Shown here: positions 9,878 through 19,051 of the stretch, in pieces | Numbering within the stretch: the stretch's first letter is position 1 | How the letters are laid out: each line of letters opens with the position of its first letter | Assembly: GCA_964479445.1 (NCBI GenBank) | Contig: CAYZMH010000005.1 | Location: 7,371-71,370, forward strand | Direction of reading: 5' to 3' | From: an uncultured Bacteroidaceae bacterium | GTDB taxonomy: Bacteria > Bacteroidota > Bacteroidia > Bacteroidales > GCA-2748055 | Length of the DNA stretch: 64,000 nucleotides | Program-made: the position numbers and the translations under genes | Notes under the pieces: generated by a model | What the model was told of the DNA's origin: nothing | What the model saw: only the letters and a program-made list of their open reading frames with translations | Database searches by the model: none

Positions 9878-10531
9878 ATGATCAGCGTCAAACATATCAA
9901 CAAGTCGTACGGCCATCTCCGGGTATTGAAAGATGTATCGCTGGAGATTGCAGAGGGAGAGGTGGTCTCCATCGTGGGAGCCTCGGGAGCCGGGAAAACA
10001 ACGCTTTTGCAGATCATGGGCACGTTAAGCAGGCAGGATAGCGGAAGGATAATAATAAACGGAGCCGATACAGCCTCCTTTAACGGATCACAGCTGTCGC
10101 GGTTCCGAAACCGCAACATTGGGTTTGTTTTCCAGTTTCACCAGTTGCTTCCAGAATTCACGGCACTGGAAAATGTCTGCCTTCCCGGTTTGATCGCCCG
10201 GAAAGGTCGTCAGGCCGTGGAGAAGAGGGCAGAAGAGCTGCTGGATTTCTTAAAGCTGGGTCCGCGGCTTGACCACAAACCCGGTGAATTGTCGGGGGGT
10301 GAGCAGCAGCGCGTTGCCATTGCCCGGGCCCTGATCAATGATCCTGCCGTGGTGTTGGCAGACGAACCCTCGGGCAACCTGGATACCGATAACAAGAAGG
10401 AGCTTCACACCCTCTTTTTCACCCTTCGTGAGCAGTTTAACCAGACGCTGGTGATCGTCACCCATGATACGGAGCTGGCTGGAATGGCTGACCGGAAGAT
10501 CCAGCTCAAAGACGGATCGGTGGTGGGGTGA
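9878..10531 (+). CDS. lolD: ABC transporter ATP-binding protein, LolD-like
   Basis: [52 protein letters not shown]; no adjacent permease. Confidence 0.75.
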   Translation: MISVKHINKSYGHLRVLKDVSLEIAEGEVVSIVGASGAGKTTLLQIMGTLSRQDSGRIIINGADTASFNGSQLSRFRNRNIGFVFQFHQLLPEFTALENVCLPGLIARKGRQAVEKRAEELLDFLKLGPRLDHKPGELSGGEQQRVAIARALINDPAVVLADEPSGNLDTDNKKELHTLFFTLREQFNQTLVIVTHDTELAGMADRKIQLKDGSVVG

Positions 10532-10538
10532 CCACGCC

Positions 10539-11315
10539 TTACCGGTTTCCGATCTCATACATCCCCAGTCCGAACAGTGCAAAGTCATACTTCACCGGGT
10601 CATCCCGGTCCATCGAGCGAAGGACCCGGTCCAGTTCCTGCACGGCTTTTGCATCGTTGTAGGTTCGTTTCAGCAGTCCCAGTTTCCGGGCTACATTTCC
10701 CGTGTGCACATCCAGGGGACATGACAGGATGGATGGCGGGATGGTTTTCCATATCCCAAAATCCACCCCGCCGCTGTCCCTGCGCACCATCCACCGGAGG
10801 AACATATTGATCCTTTTGGCGGCCGAGCCTTGCAGCGGATCCGGCAGGTGTTTCCGCGACCGGGGCATATGGGGGAGGGTGAGAAACGCTTTTTTAAGTT
10901 GGTGGATGGCGGGTTGCAGGGAGGATGGTTCACGGTACCGGTTGAACATTCCTTCAAGTCCGTTCCCCTCCCTGTATAGAATTTTCAGGGCCGAGATGAA
11001 GAAAGCAAGATCCGTTTCGTTGAAGGTACGATGGACGAACCCCGCTGCTTTTTCCAGGTGAACCTCCCGGTGGTGCAGGATAAAATCGTATGGGGAGTTA
11101 CCCATGATCTCCATCATCTTCTGTGCATTTTTCAGGATGGAGACCCGGTTTCCCCAGGAGATGGTGGCGGTCAGGAAGCCTGCAATCTCAATATCCTCTT
11201 TCCGGGAGTAGCGATGGGGGATTTGAACGGGATCCATCGCAATGAAATCCGGGTGGTTGTATTGCTTCACCTTCTCTTCCAGGAAATCCTTCAGGTCGTC
11301 CATTTTCAGTGCCAT
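10539..11315 (-). CDS. TIGR02757 (DUF2400) family protein
   Basis: DPVQIPH...EIAGFLTATISWGNR...SAAKRINMFLRWMVR...PLDVHTGNVARKLGL...DPVKYDFALFG. The likely start is MALKMDD at 11315; the 11501 start in the track overlaps the divergent gene. Confidence 0.88.
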   Translation of the reverse strand: MALKMDDLKDFLEEKVKQYNHPDFIAMDPVQIPHRYSRKEDIEIAGFLTATISWGNRVSILKNAQKMMEIMGNSPYDFILHHREVHLEKAAGFVHRTFNETDLAFFISALKILYREGNGLEGMFNRYREPSSLQPAIHQLKKAFLTLPHMPRSRKHLPDPLQGSAAKRINMFLRWMVRRDSGGVDFGIWKTIPPSILSCPLDVHTGNVARKLGLLKRTYNDAKAVQELDRVLRSMDRDDPVKYDFALFGLGMYEIGNR

Positions 11316-11488
11316 TGCAAGGTTGTTATTGCTGCAAAAATACAAATAATGGAAAGAAGTCTGTTTCGCTGATGCCACGACCGGTTCGATGCGGATGAAA
11401 TTCCCGGACAGTGAGCAGCGGAGAGAGGTGGGAATGGTTGAGAACGGAACGGTAAAATGTGTAATTTCGGGGGAAAAGAACCGGGAAA

Positions 11489-12208
11489 ATGGCCAATTCA
11501 TGGTTTCGTTTCAAGCAGTTTGAGATCCGCCAGGATCGATGTGCTATGAAGGTGGGCACCGATGGTGTCTTGCTGGGAGCCTGGACTCGTGTGGATGATG
11601 CTTCGCGGGCCCTTGATGCCGGAAGCGGAACCGGGTTGATTGCCCTTATGATGGCCCAGCGGAATCCATGCCTCCGGGTGGATGCCGTGGAGGTTGAACC
11701 GGTTTGTGCGGAGCAGGCACGCGAGAATATACAGCAGAGTCCGTTCCGCGTACGCGTAAATGTTCATACCTGCGCTTTCCAGCGGTATGCGGAACAGGAA
11801 CCGGGCGGCAGGACGGACCTGGTGGTATGCAATCCACCCTATTTTCATCGTTCTTCGCCGGCATCCACCGGCGAGCGGACGCTGGCACGCCATAATAAGT
11901 CACTTCTCCTGGAAGAGCTCTTTGCAGGCAGTGCATCGTTACTACATCGCGGGGGCAGGCTGGAGATGATCCTGCCCGCGGAGCTTTCTGTGCATACCGG
12001 GGAGCTCTCTGCGTTGTACGGGATGTACCTGCAGCGGATGATGCGGGTATATCCCACCCCGGGGTCGGAGGCCAGGCGCGTGCTGGTTTCGTACGGATTT
12101 GAGGAGCGACCGGTTGAGGAGTCGGAGCTGGTGATTGAGGAATCCGGACGCCACGGATATTCGCGGGAATACGTGGAACTGACGCGTGACTTCTACCTGA
12201 AGATGTGA
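11489..12208 (+). CDS. yfiC: tRNA1(Val) adenine(37)-N6-methyltransferase
   Basis: FRFKQFEI.QDRCAMKVGTDGVLLGAW, LDAGSGTG, CNPPYF, ARH. Confidence 0.9.
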   Translation: MANSWFRFKQFEIRQDRCAMKVGTDGVLLGAWTRVDDASRALDAGSGTGLIALMMAQRNPCLRVDAVEVEPVCAEQARENIQQSPFRVRVNVHTCAFQRYAEQEPGGRTDLVVCNPPYFHRSSPASTGERTLARHNKSLLLEELFAGSASLLHRGGRLEMILPAELSVHTGELSALYGMYLQRMMRVYPTPGSEARRVLVSYGFEERPVEESELVIEESGRHGYSREYVELTRDFYLKM

Positions 12209-13564
12209 TCAGAGGCTGCCGACATCACGGGGTACCTCCACCTCCTCTTCGATGAAGCGGATGTCGTGTTCTTCCAACTCGCTGAGGACCGGGTTGAACA
12301 CTTCGGGGAAGATGGGGAGCCGGACTCCGGGGCGCCGGATCTTCTTCTCCAGTATCAGCCTGGCCGTGATCGCCACCGGGAGTCCGACCGTAGCCGCCAT
12401 GGCGGTGTTATAGCTGTCGAGCCCGATGTAACTCAGGGTGGAGTAGATCTTTTTTCGTTTTTCGTTTTCGATGTAATCGAACTGGTGTTGCATCAGGATC
12501 ATGTCCTTATCGCCCCGATCGAGTCTCCATTTCTCTTCCAGGATCTTCTGCAGGATGCGTGCCGGGGTGAGGCCCTCCTGTCCGATCTCCTTCTCTTCGA
12601 AGATACCCAGCCACTGCAGTTTTTTCATCATATCGGAGTGGATATCGATTTCCAGGTAGCGGGCCAGCTTCTCTTCTACGGGGATATCGACCCGGTAGGC
12701 CATGAAGCTGTTGATGAACTGCCGGTAGGTCATGGTCCCGGTGTGTTCCATCCGGTAGCTGTCGTCGGTGGCCCCCAGTTGTACGAAGATGTCCCAGGCC
12801 CTGCAGAACCCGGGTCTTCGGATCGTTCCCCGGAACATGGTCTCCAGGTTGGAAAGATTGTAGGTTTCGCGGTACCGGAGGGAATCACGGTTGCCGTAAA
12901 CTTCAAATTCCCCCAGGGTGGGTACCCGGATCGTTTCTATGCGCCGGAACAGTTTGTGGTAGGGGATGTATTTAAATTTCCCGTTGTGAAGGAACCGGGC
13001 GCCGTCTTTTCCGGCAAGTACCACGTTGCGGGGGTTCCAGGTGAACTTGTACTGCCATGGGTTGTTCTCGAATCCCGGCGCAACGAGTCCGCCCGTACTC
13101 GATTCGAACGCGATCAGGTCGTGTCCCTGGCTCCGGATGCGATGGATCATCTGCATGGCCGACATATGGTCGATTCCCGGATCCACCCCGCATTCGTTCA
13201 TGAGCATTACCCCCTTGTGGCGGGCAGGGGCATCGAGGGCCTTCATCTCCGGGCTTGTATAGGAGGCTGTCACCATATGTTTCTTATGGTGGATGCACTG
13301 CCGGGCCACCAGCGGGTGCATACCGGCGGGCAGCATGGATATCACAATATCGCTTTTCCGGACCTCCGAGGAGAGTGTTTTCTGATCAGTCACATCGAAC
13401 CGGAAGGCCGATGCATTGGGATGCCCGGCTGTCTTTTTGACCGCGGTCTCCAGGGAGATGTCGCCCACCCTGACGTGAAGTTTTTGCTCCACCGACCGCT
13501 CCAGAAAATAGGTTATCAGGGTGTTGGATGACAATCCTGCACCCAGGATCAATACTTTTTTCAT
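12209..13564 (-). CDS. Saccharopine dehydrogenase family protein
   Basis: KVLILGAGLS, DIVISMLP, VTASY, ECGVDPGIDHMSAM, YKFTWNPRNVV, TAMAATVGLP. Confidence 0.92.
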   Translation of the reverse strand: MKKVLILGAGLSSNTLITYFLERSVEQKLHVRVGDISLETAVKKTAGHPNASAFRFDVTDQKTLSSEVRKSDIVISMLPAGMHPLVARQCIHHKKHMVTASYTSPEMKALDAPARHKGVMLMNECGVDPGIDHMSAMQMIHRIRSQGHDLIAFESSTGGLVAPGFENNPWQYKFTWNPRNVVLAGKDGARFLHNGKFKYIPYHKLFRRIETIRVPTLGEFEVYGNRDSLRYRETYNLSNLETMFRGTIRRPGFCRAWDIFVQLGATDDSYRMEHTGTMTYRQFINSFMAYRVDIPVEEKLARYLEIDIHSDMMKKLQWLGIFEEKEIGQEGLTPARILQKILEEKWRLDRGDKDMILMQHQFDYIENEKRKKIYSTLSYIGLDSYNTAMAATVGLPVAITARLILEKKIRRPGVRLPIFPEVFNPVLSELEEHDIRFIEEEVEVPRDVGSL

Positions 13565-13652
13565 ACAGAGAACATTGGAATGGAGACATGTTAAAGATAC
13601 GATCCTGCCGGGAGGATGTCAGCATGAGGCAATCTCTTGTGCAACATATTTT

Positions 13653-14330
13653 TCAGAGCCGCCATTCGACGGGTGTTTTGTTTTGTCTGACCAGCAGTTC
13701 GTTGGTCTTTGAGAAGTGCCTGCACCCGAAAAATCCGTTGGAGGCGGAGAACGGGGAGGGGTGGGCTGCTTTGAGCACGTGATGGCGGGAGGTATTGATG
13801 AGTGCCTCTTTCGCCTGTGCAAAGCGACCCCAGAGAAGAAAAACGATCCCTTCGCCCTGTTCGGAGGCCACCCGTATAACCTGGTCGGTGAACGGTTCCC
13901 ACCCCCTGCCCTGGTGGGACCCGGCCTGGTTGGCTCTTACGGTGAGGGTGGCATTGAGCAGCAGAACACCCTGGCGGGCCCAGGGCTCCAGGTTGCCGTG
14001 GCCCGGGATTTCGCACCCCACATCCTGGTTGAGCTCTTTAAAGATATTAACCAGTGAGGGGGGTGGTTTGATTCCATGCTGCACCGAAAAGCAGAGTCCG
14101 TGTGCCTGCCCCCGTCCGTGGTAGGGATCCTGGCCGATGATTACCACCTTTACCCGGTTGAGCGGTGTGGTATTCAGGGCGTTGAAGATAAGGGGACCGG
14201 GGGGGTAAACCGTGTGGGCCTGTTTCTCTTCCAACAGGAAGGTTTTGAGGTTGCGGAAGGAATCGGACTGGAAAGCGTCCCGGAGCGCCTCTTTCCATCC
14301 GGTTTCCAGCCGGGGATCGATGGTTTCCAT
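13653..14330 (-). CDS. ung: Uracil-DNA glycosylase (family 1)
   Basis: [42 protein letters not shown]. Confidence 0.97.
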   Translation of the reverse strand: METIDPRLETGWKEALRDAFQSDSFRNLKTFLLEEKQAHTVYPPGPLIFNALNTTPLNRVKVVIIGQDPYHGRGQAHGLCFSVQHGIKPPPSLVNIFKELNQDVGCEIPGHGNLEPWARQGVLLLNATLTVRANQAGSHQGRGWEPFTDQVIRVASEQGEGIVFLLWGRFAQAKEALINTSRHHVLKAAHPSPFSASNGFFGCRHFSKTNELLVRQNKTPVEWRL

Positions 14331-14442
14331 GGCATGAAATTATTAAAATCCGGCGGCATTATCAAGGAGCAGGGAGGTGGTTGACGGGATCGGGGGATTT
14401 ACGTTGTATTTCCACCAGTTGGAACAGTTTGAGTGGGCAGTT

Positions 14443-14541
14443 AAGTTCAATGGTCGATTGTTGTTAGGTTTCATGCGGAGAAACCAACAGGGTGCACCCA
14501 GGTGAGTGAAGTTCGATGGTGGATTGTTGGTAAGTTTCATG
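14443..14541. repeat. Pair of imperfect 33-bp direct repeats separated by 33 bp
   Basis: 14443-14475 aagttcaatggtcgattgttgttaggtttcatg versus 14509-14541 aagttcgatggtggattgttggtaagtttcatg: 29/33 identical, 66-bp period. Confidence 0.8.
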
Positions 14542-14588
14542 GTGAACAAGGAAGTAATTTTCTATTTTTGAGTATAAACAGGATCTCT

Positions 14589-17348
14589 ATGCTCAGGAAG
14601 ATACTTATAGGTAGCGCAATGGCAGTGGTATTTCTGGGGCTCGTCTTTCTCTATTTTTTCTACAGGAATGACACCCTGGAGCCGGCGCGTGTAGCGGAGG
14701 CAGTGCCAGAGGATGCGGTGATTTTCGCCCATAAGATCGATTACACTTACTTTACGGGTGATTTCAGGAGGGAGAACCAGTTTTGGATAGAGCTTACGCG
14801 GAACAGTGATCTTGCGCGTGCCGATTCACTGATACAGCAGTTGAGCACCTCGCTCAATGGTTCACCGCTCCTGCTGGAGATACTGGAAGATAAGCGACTC
14901 AGCCTGTCACTTCATCTGCTGGGCAAAGATAAACTGATGCCTATGTTCTACCTGCGCCTGGAAGAGGGTATGGATGAACGGGATTTCCGCGGGATCATCG
15001 GGGGGATCCTGGAGAAAGAGGATCTGGTGAATGAACGGAAATATGAGGCCGAGACTCTTTACGATGTGTCGCTGCACGGTGACCGGTCTGTGGATGCATT
15101 TACCTATGCCATCGTGAAAGGGGTGTGTATTCTGAGTCCCTCCTCGTTGCTCGTGGAATCCTCCATCCGCAGTCTGAACGCCGGCGGCAATATACTCCAG
15201 GAACCGGGGTTCCGGAGCGTTCATGAAACAGCTGGTCGTTACGTCCATGCCAATGTATACCTCAATTACCAGGTACTGGACCGGTTGCTCGTTCCGTTTA
15301 CACATAATCGTCACCGGGATAAGCTTCAAAGATTAACCCGCACTGCATCCTGGAGTGAACTGGATGCCGATTTCAAGGAAGATGCCCTGGTTTTTAACGG
15401 GATGACCAGGGCCGGGGATTCGATGCCCACCTGGCTGGGGATTTTGGACGGACAATCGGCGGTTCGCCTGGAGAGTCCCTCCTTTATGCCTTCGGGAACC
15501 GCCTGGTTTATGAGCCTGGGAATCAGTGAGCCGGAACGTCTTTTGACCCGGTACAGGGAGTTTTTGGGAAGCAACGAGCGGGAAGATGATTTCGAGCGGG
15601 AAGATGACCGGTTAACGCGATTGTTCGGTTCGAGTCCGTTAGAGGACATCCTGGAGCTCATGGATGATGAAATTGCCTGGTTTACCGTGGACAACAACTC
15701 CGGTGAAGGCATGGATGAAGTGGTGATGGTGGAGAGCCGCAGCGGGTCGGAGGCCCGGGAGCGACTGGGCGGTTGGATTAAGCAGTATGCTTCGGACCAG
15801 GGTGTTCCGGTGTCGCGTTACACCAACGAATATGTGCTGGACGAGCAGACGCGATACCCGGTATACAGGCTTGTTGTTCCCCTGTATGAGGGATTCCGTG
15901 CCGGAACCCTTTTTCGTTCCTTTTTTGTTTTTTACGATAATTACATCTATTTCGCCGATTCGAAGGAAGCTCTTTCCCGGGTGATTTACCAGAACGTGCT
16001 TCATAAGACCCTGGTCAATACCACCGGTTTCGGTGAGGTAAACGAGTACCTCTCCTCCCGGTCCAATGTATCGGTATACCTGAGACCTTTTGAGTACCTT
16101 CGGTGGAAGAAGGAGGAGCTGCAACCCTCTTTTTATCGCCAGGCAACGGAGCTGGAAGAGCCGCTGCGCAAGACGGCGGGGGTTCTGATGCAGTTTGTGT
16201 CGGAGGATGAGATGTTCTACAGCCACATCACCCTGAAGTACAGTTCACGAATCAAGGAGAAGGCGATGACGGTATGGGAGAGCTTGCTGGACTCGGTGGC
16301 GGCAAACAAGCCGGCACTGGTGGTGAACCACTATACACAGGAGAAGGAGATCCTTGTGCAGGATAAAGCCCATCATCTCTACCTGATCAACAGTACGGGC
16401 CGGGTCCTCTGGAAGCATCCCCTTAAAGAGCCGGTAATGGGAGAGATCTACCAGGTTGATTATTACGACAACGGGAAATTGCAATACCTGTTCAATACCG
16501 GAAGCGAGCTGCATTTGCTCGACCGGAACGGGAATTACGTGGAGCGTTATCCCATCCGTTTTCGTTCCCGTGCAACCAATTCCATAGCTTTGTTTGACTA
16601 TGATAACAGGGGAGAGCACCGGATTTTTGTGGCGTGTGAAGACCGGAATATCTATCTGTATGACCTGGGGGGCAATCTTGTCACCGGGTGGAAATTCCGC
16701 GGATCAGAAGGAATTGTTACAAAACCGGTACAGCATTTCCGTGCAGGGGAGAAGGATTATATCGTCTTTTCCGATCCGATCCGGCCCTACATCCTGAACC
16801 GGCGGGGAAGGGAGCGGGTGGAACCCGACCGGATCTTCCCGGTTTCAAGGAACAATGTCTTTTACCTGGATATGAATGTAAAAGAGGATCATCCGAGACT
16901 GGTTACAACCGACAGCAGCGGCCATGTAACCTCCATTGACTTCAACGGGGAGGTTCAGACAATCCTGGACCATGACGCAACCCCCGGCCACTTTTTTCGT
17001 ATGCAGGATATGGACCATGACGGCACGCCCGACTATATATTTGCCGACGGTGATGAACTGGAAGTCCTGGATCCGGGGGGTGAGAAACTTTTCAATTACC
17101 GGATCAAGAGCGATATCACCATGGAGCCGGATATTTACCAGTTTTCGGCGACAGACACGAAGATCGGGATTACCGACCGGGAGCGCAACGAGATACACCT
17201 GGTCAATGCCGACGGGACCCTATATGAAGGGTTCCCCCTGGAGGGGATGACCCGGTTCAGCATCGGCTATTTTGCCGGTTCCGACAGCCGGTTTAACCTG
17301 ATTGTGGGGAGTGCCAACAGTTTTTTGTATAATTATTCAATAGAATAG
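14589..17348 (+). CDS. Large membrane-anchored hypothetical protein (DUF3352-like N-terminal/central part, beta-propeller-like C-terminal repeats)
   Basis: About 920 aa from ATG 14589 (MLRKILIG, then a TM anchor). The C-terminus carries repeated motifs such as LYLINSTGRVLWK, LHLLDRNGNYVERYP, IYLYDLGGNLVTGW and IHLVNADGTLYEGFP. Confidence 0.75.
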   Translation: MLRKILIGSAMAVVFLGLVFLYFFYRNDTLEPARVAEAVPEDAVIFAHKIDYTYFTGDFRRENQFWIELTRNSDLARADSLIQQLSTSLNGSPLLLEILEDKRLSLSLHLLGKDKLMPMFYLRLEEGMDERDFRGIIGGILEKEDLVNERKYEAETLYDVSLHGDRSVDAFTYAIVKGVCILSPSSLLVESSIRSLNAGGNILQEPGFRSVHETAGRYVHANVYLNYQVLDRLLVPFTHNRHRDKLQRLTRTASWSELDADFKEDALVFNGMTRAGDSMPTWLGILDGQSAVRLESPSFMPSGTAWFMSLGISEPERLLTRYREFLGSNEREDDFEREDDRLTRLFGSSPLEDILELMDDEIAWFTVDNNSGEGMDEVVMVESRSGSEARERLGGWIKQYASDQGVPVSRYTNEYVLDEQTRYPVYRLVVPLYEGFRAGTLFRSFFVFYDNYIYFADSKEALSRVIYQNVLHKTLVNTTGFGEVNEYLSSRSNVSVYLRPFEYLRWKKEELQPSFYRQATELEEPLRKTAGVLMQFVSEDEMFYSHITLKYSSRIKEKAMTVWESLLDSVAANKPALVVNHYTQEKEILVQDKAHHLYLINSTGRVLWKHPLKEPVMGEIYQVDYYDNGKLQYLFNTGSELHLLDRNGNYVERYPIRFRSRATNSIALFDYDNRGEHRIFVACEDRNIYLYDLGGNLVTGWKFRGSEGIVTKPVQHFRAGEKDYIVFSDPIRPYILNRRGRERVEPDRIFPVSRNNVFYLDMNVKEDHPRLVTTDSSGHVTSIDFNGEVQTILDHDATPGHFFRMQDMDHDGTPDYIFADGDELEVLDPGGEKLFNYRIKSDITMEPDIYQFSATDTKIGITDRERNEIHLVNADGTLYEGFPLEGMTRFSIGYFAGSDSRFNLIVGSANSFLYNYSIE

Positions 17349-17351
17349 ATC

Positions 17352-19028
17352 ATGAAAAGACAATTATTCCAATCCGTATTCCCCTGGATCATACCGGTGT
17401 TGTTGCTGGGCGGTTGTAATTACGAGGAGAATCTTGACTTCGACCGGGTATCGGATGAGGTGGAGATATCCCCGCAGGTTGTTGCTCCCCTGGCTTACGG
17501 GAATTTTACCCTGGAAGACCTGTTGCTTTCTATCGATTCCTCGGGATTGTTGGAACAGGACCAGGAGGGACTGCTGTACCTGTATTACACCGATACGGTA
17601 TACTCCATTGATGCCGGCGAGATCATTCAGATTCCCAATAAACTTACCACCGAGGCATTTATTGAATCCGATGTTAACATCCCGGGTTGGTTATTGAGCG
17701 ATGTGGGAGATACGGTCTATTATACCAAGGAGAAGTCAATCGAATTTGAGATTGAATCGGGTGACCGGCTCGACAGTATCCTGATGAAATCAGGAATACT
17801 TAATATGCAGGTGACAAGTGAGTTTCACCATGAAGGCTTTCTTACGATCACCAGCAGCAATGTGACCGATCCACAGGGAGATACCCTGGTGGAAACCATT
17901 ATGATCAGTCAGGACGATGGAAATTTTTCCACATCCCAGGACTGGGACCTTGACGGGTACCGTTTTGAAGTGGATGAGGAGTCGGGAACGGGTTATATCC
18001 GGGTCTATTTCAACCTGGCCCTGATCAATTCGGGTAATGACATCAATGCAGGGGAAGCGTGCAGTATCGAAATGAATTTCGAGGAGTTGGAGTTTTCGCA
18101 CATTTACGGTTATATCGCAGACCGGGAAGTGCTCAATGAGAGCGGTGAACTGGCCATTGATCTCTATGACGAAGTGGCCGATATCATCAATGTCTATTTT
18201 TATGATCCGCAGTTCAACCTGTTTGTTCACAACTCCTATGGACTGCCGGTGGAGATTGACCTGGCCAACGTGGAGGCCTATTCCGAATCACAGGGTGTGA
18301 CCACGCCCCTGACTTTCAGCAACGATACCATGAATCCTTTCGTGATCGGTGCACCCAGAGTGGGAGAGATCGGTTCCACTGTCACCACGGAACGATACAT
18401 TAACCGGGAGACAAGTAATATCGATGATATCCTGGCCACCTCCCCCAATCAATTTACATTCAATGTGATCGCTAACACGGGTGTGCCGGGAGCCGATCCG
18501 GTTGACCAGAACTTTGTGCTGGATACCAGCAAGATGACCATTGAAGCCGAAGTGGTCCTGCCCATGTGGTTGAAGACCGACGGGTACACCCTGGAGGATA
18601 CGGTGGATCTTGACCTGGAGGGTGCCCTTGGGGACCTGGCTTTTATCGACACTGCCCGTCTGCGCATGAAATCGTATAACGAGTGGCCCCTCTCTATTGA
18701 GGTGCAGGTCTACTTCATGGATGACACCTATACGCTGATCGACTCCATGTTCAGCGGGGAGACGGTGATCCTGGATGCAGCGCAGGTGGATCAGGACGGT
18801 GTGGTGGTAGAGAATCTGCTGGATACCCTGGCGGTGGATGTGGGGTACACGGGATCGGACCTGATGGACCTGGATCAGACCAAGCATGCGCTGATCAAGG
18901 CAAGGGCGATCACCACATCCGACGGGACGGAGTATGTTAAATTTTACAATGATTATACCCTGGAATTCAAATTTTCCGCTTTTGCCGATTTTACTATCAA
19001 TTCGCGGGAGTTAAGTTCCGGTGAATAG
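17352..19028 (+). CDS. Acidic hypothetical lipoprotein
   Basis: Lipobox LLLGGC (Cys22) followed by NYEENLDFD; beta-rich and strongly D/E-rich; starts 3 bp after the upstream gene. Confidence 0.75.
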   Translation: MKRQLFQSVFPWIIPVLLLGGCNYEENLDFDRVSDEVEISPQVVAPLAYGNFTLEDLLLSIDSSGLLEQDQEGLLYLYYTDTVYSIDAGEIIQIPNKLTTEAFIESDVNIPGWLLSDVGDTVYYTKEKSIEFEIESGDRLDSILMKSGILNMQVTSEFHHEGFLTITSSNVTDPQGDTLVETIMISQDDGNFSTSQDWDLDGYRFEVDEESGTGYIRVYFNLALINSGNDINAGEACSIEMNFEELEFSHIYGYIADREVLNESGELAIDLYDEVADIINVYFYDPQFNLFVHNSYGLPVEIDLANVEAYSESQGVTTPLTFSNDTMNPFVIGAPRVGEIGSTVTTERYINRETSNIDDILATSPNQFTFNVIANTGVPGADPVDQNFVLDTSKMTIEAEVVLPMWLKTDGYTLEDTVDLDLEGALGDLAFIDTARLRMKSYNEWPLSIEVQVYFMDDTYTLIDSMFSGETVILDAAQVDQDGVVVENLLDTLAVDVGYTGSDLMDLDQTKHALIKARAITTSDGTEYVKFYNDYTLEFKFSAFADFTINSRELSSGE

Positions 19029-19051
19029 CGCTAACCCAAGAATACAGATCT

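Noticed and set aside
12266-13531. 421 aa plus-strand ORF
   Set aside because: It is exactly antisense to the saccharopine dehydrogenase gene and has no recognisable motifs; a shadow ORF caused by codon bias.
14443-14541. Calling the 33-bp repeats a CRISPR array
   Set aside because: There are only two copies with 4 mismatches, one spacer, no leader evidence and no cas genes in 64 kb. Kept as a repeat and a finding instead.
15575-15607. Exact 15-bp repeat cgagcgggaagatga at an 18-bp period (EREDD x2)
   Set aside because: A small in-frame duplication within a coding region; no evidence of function.
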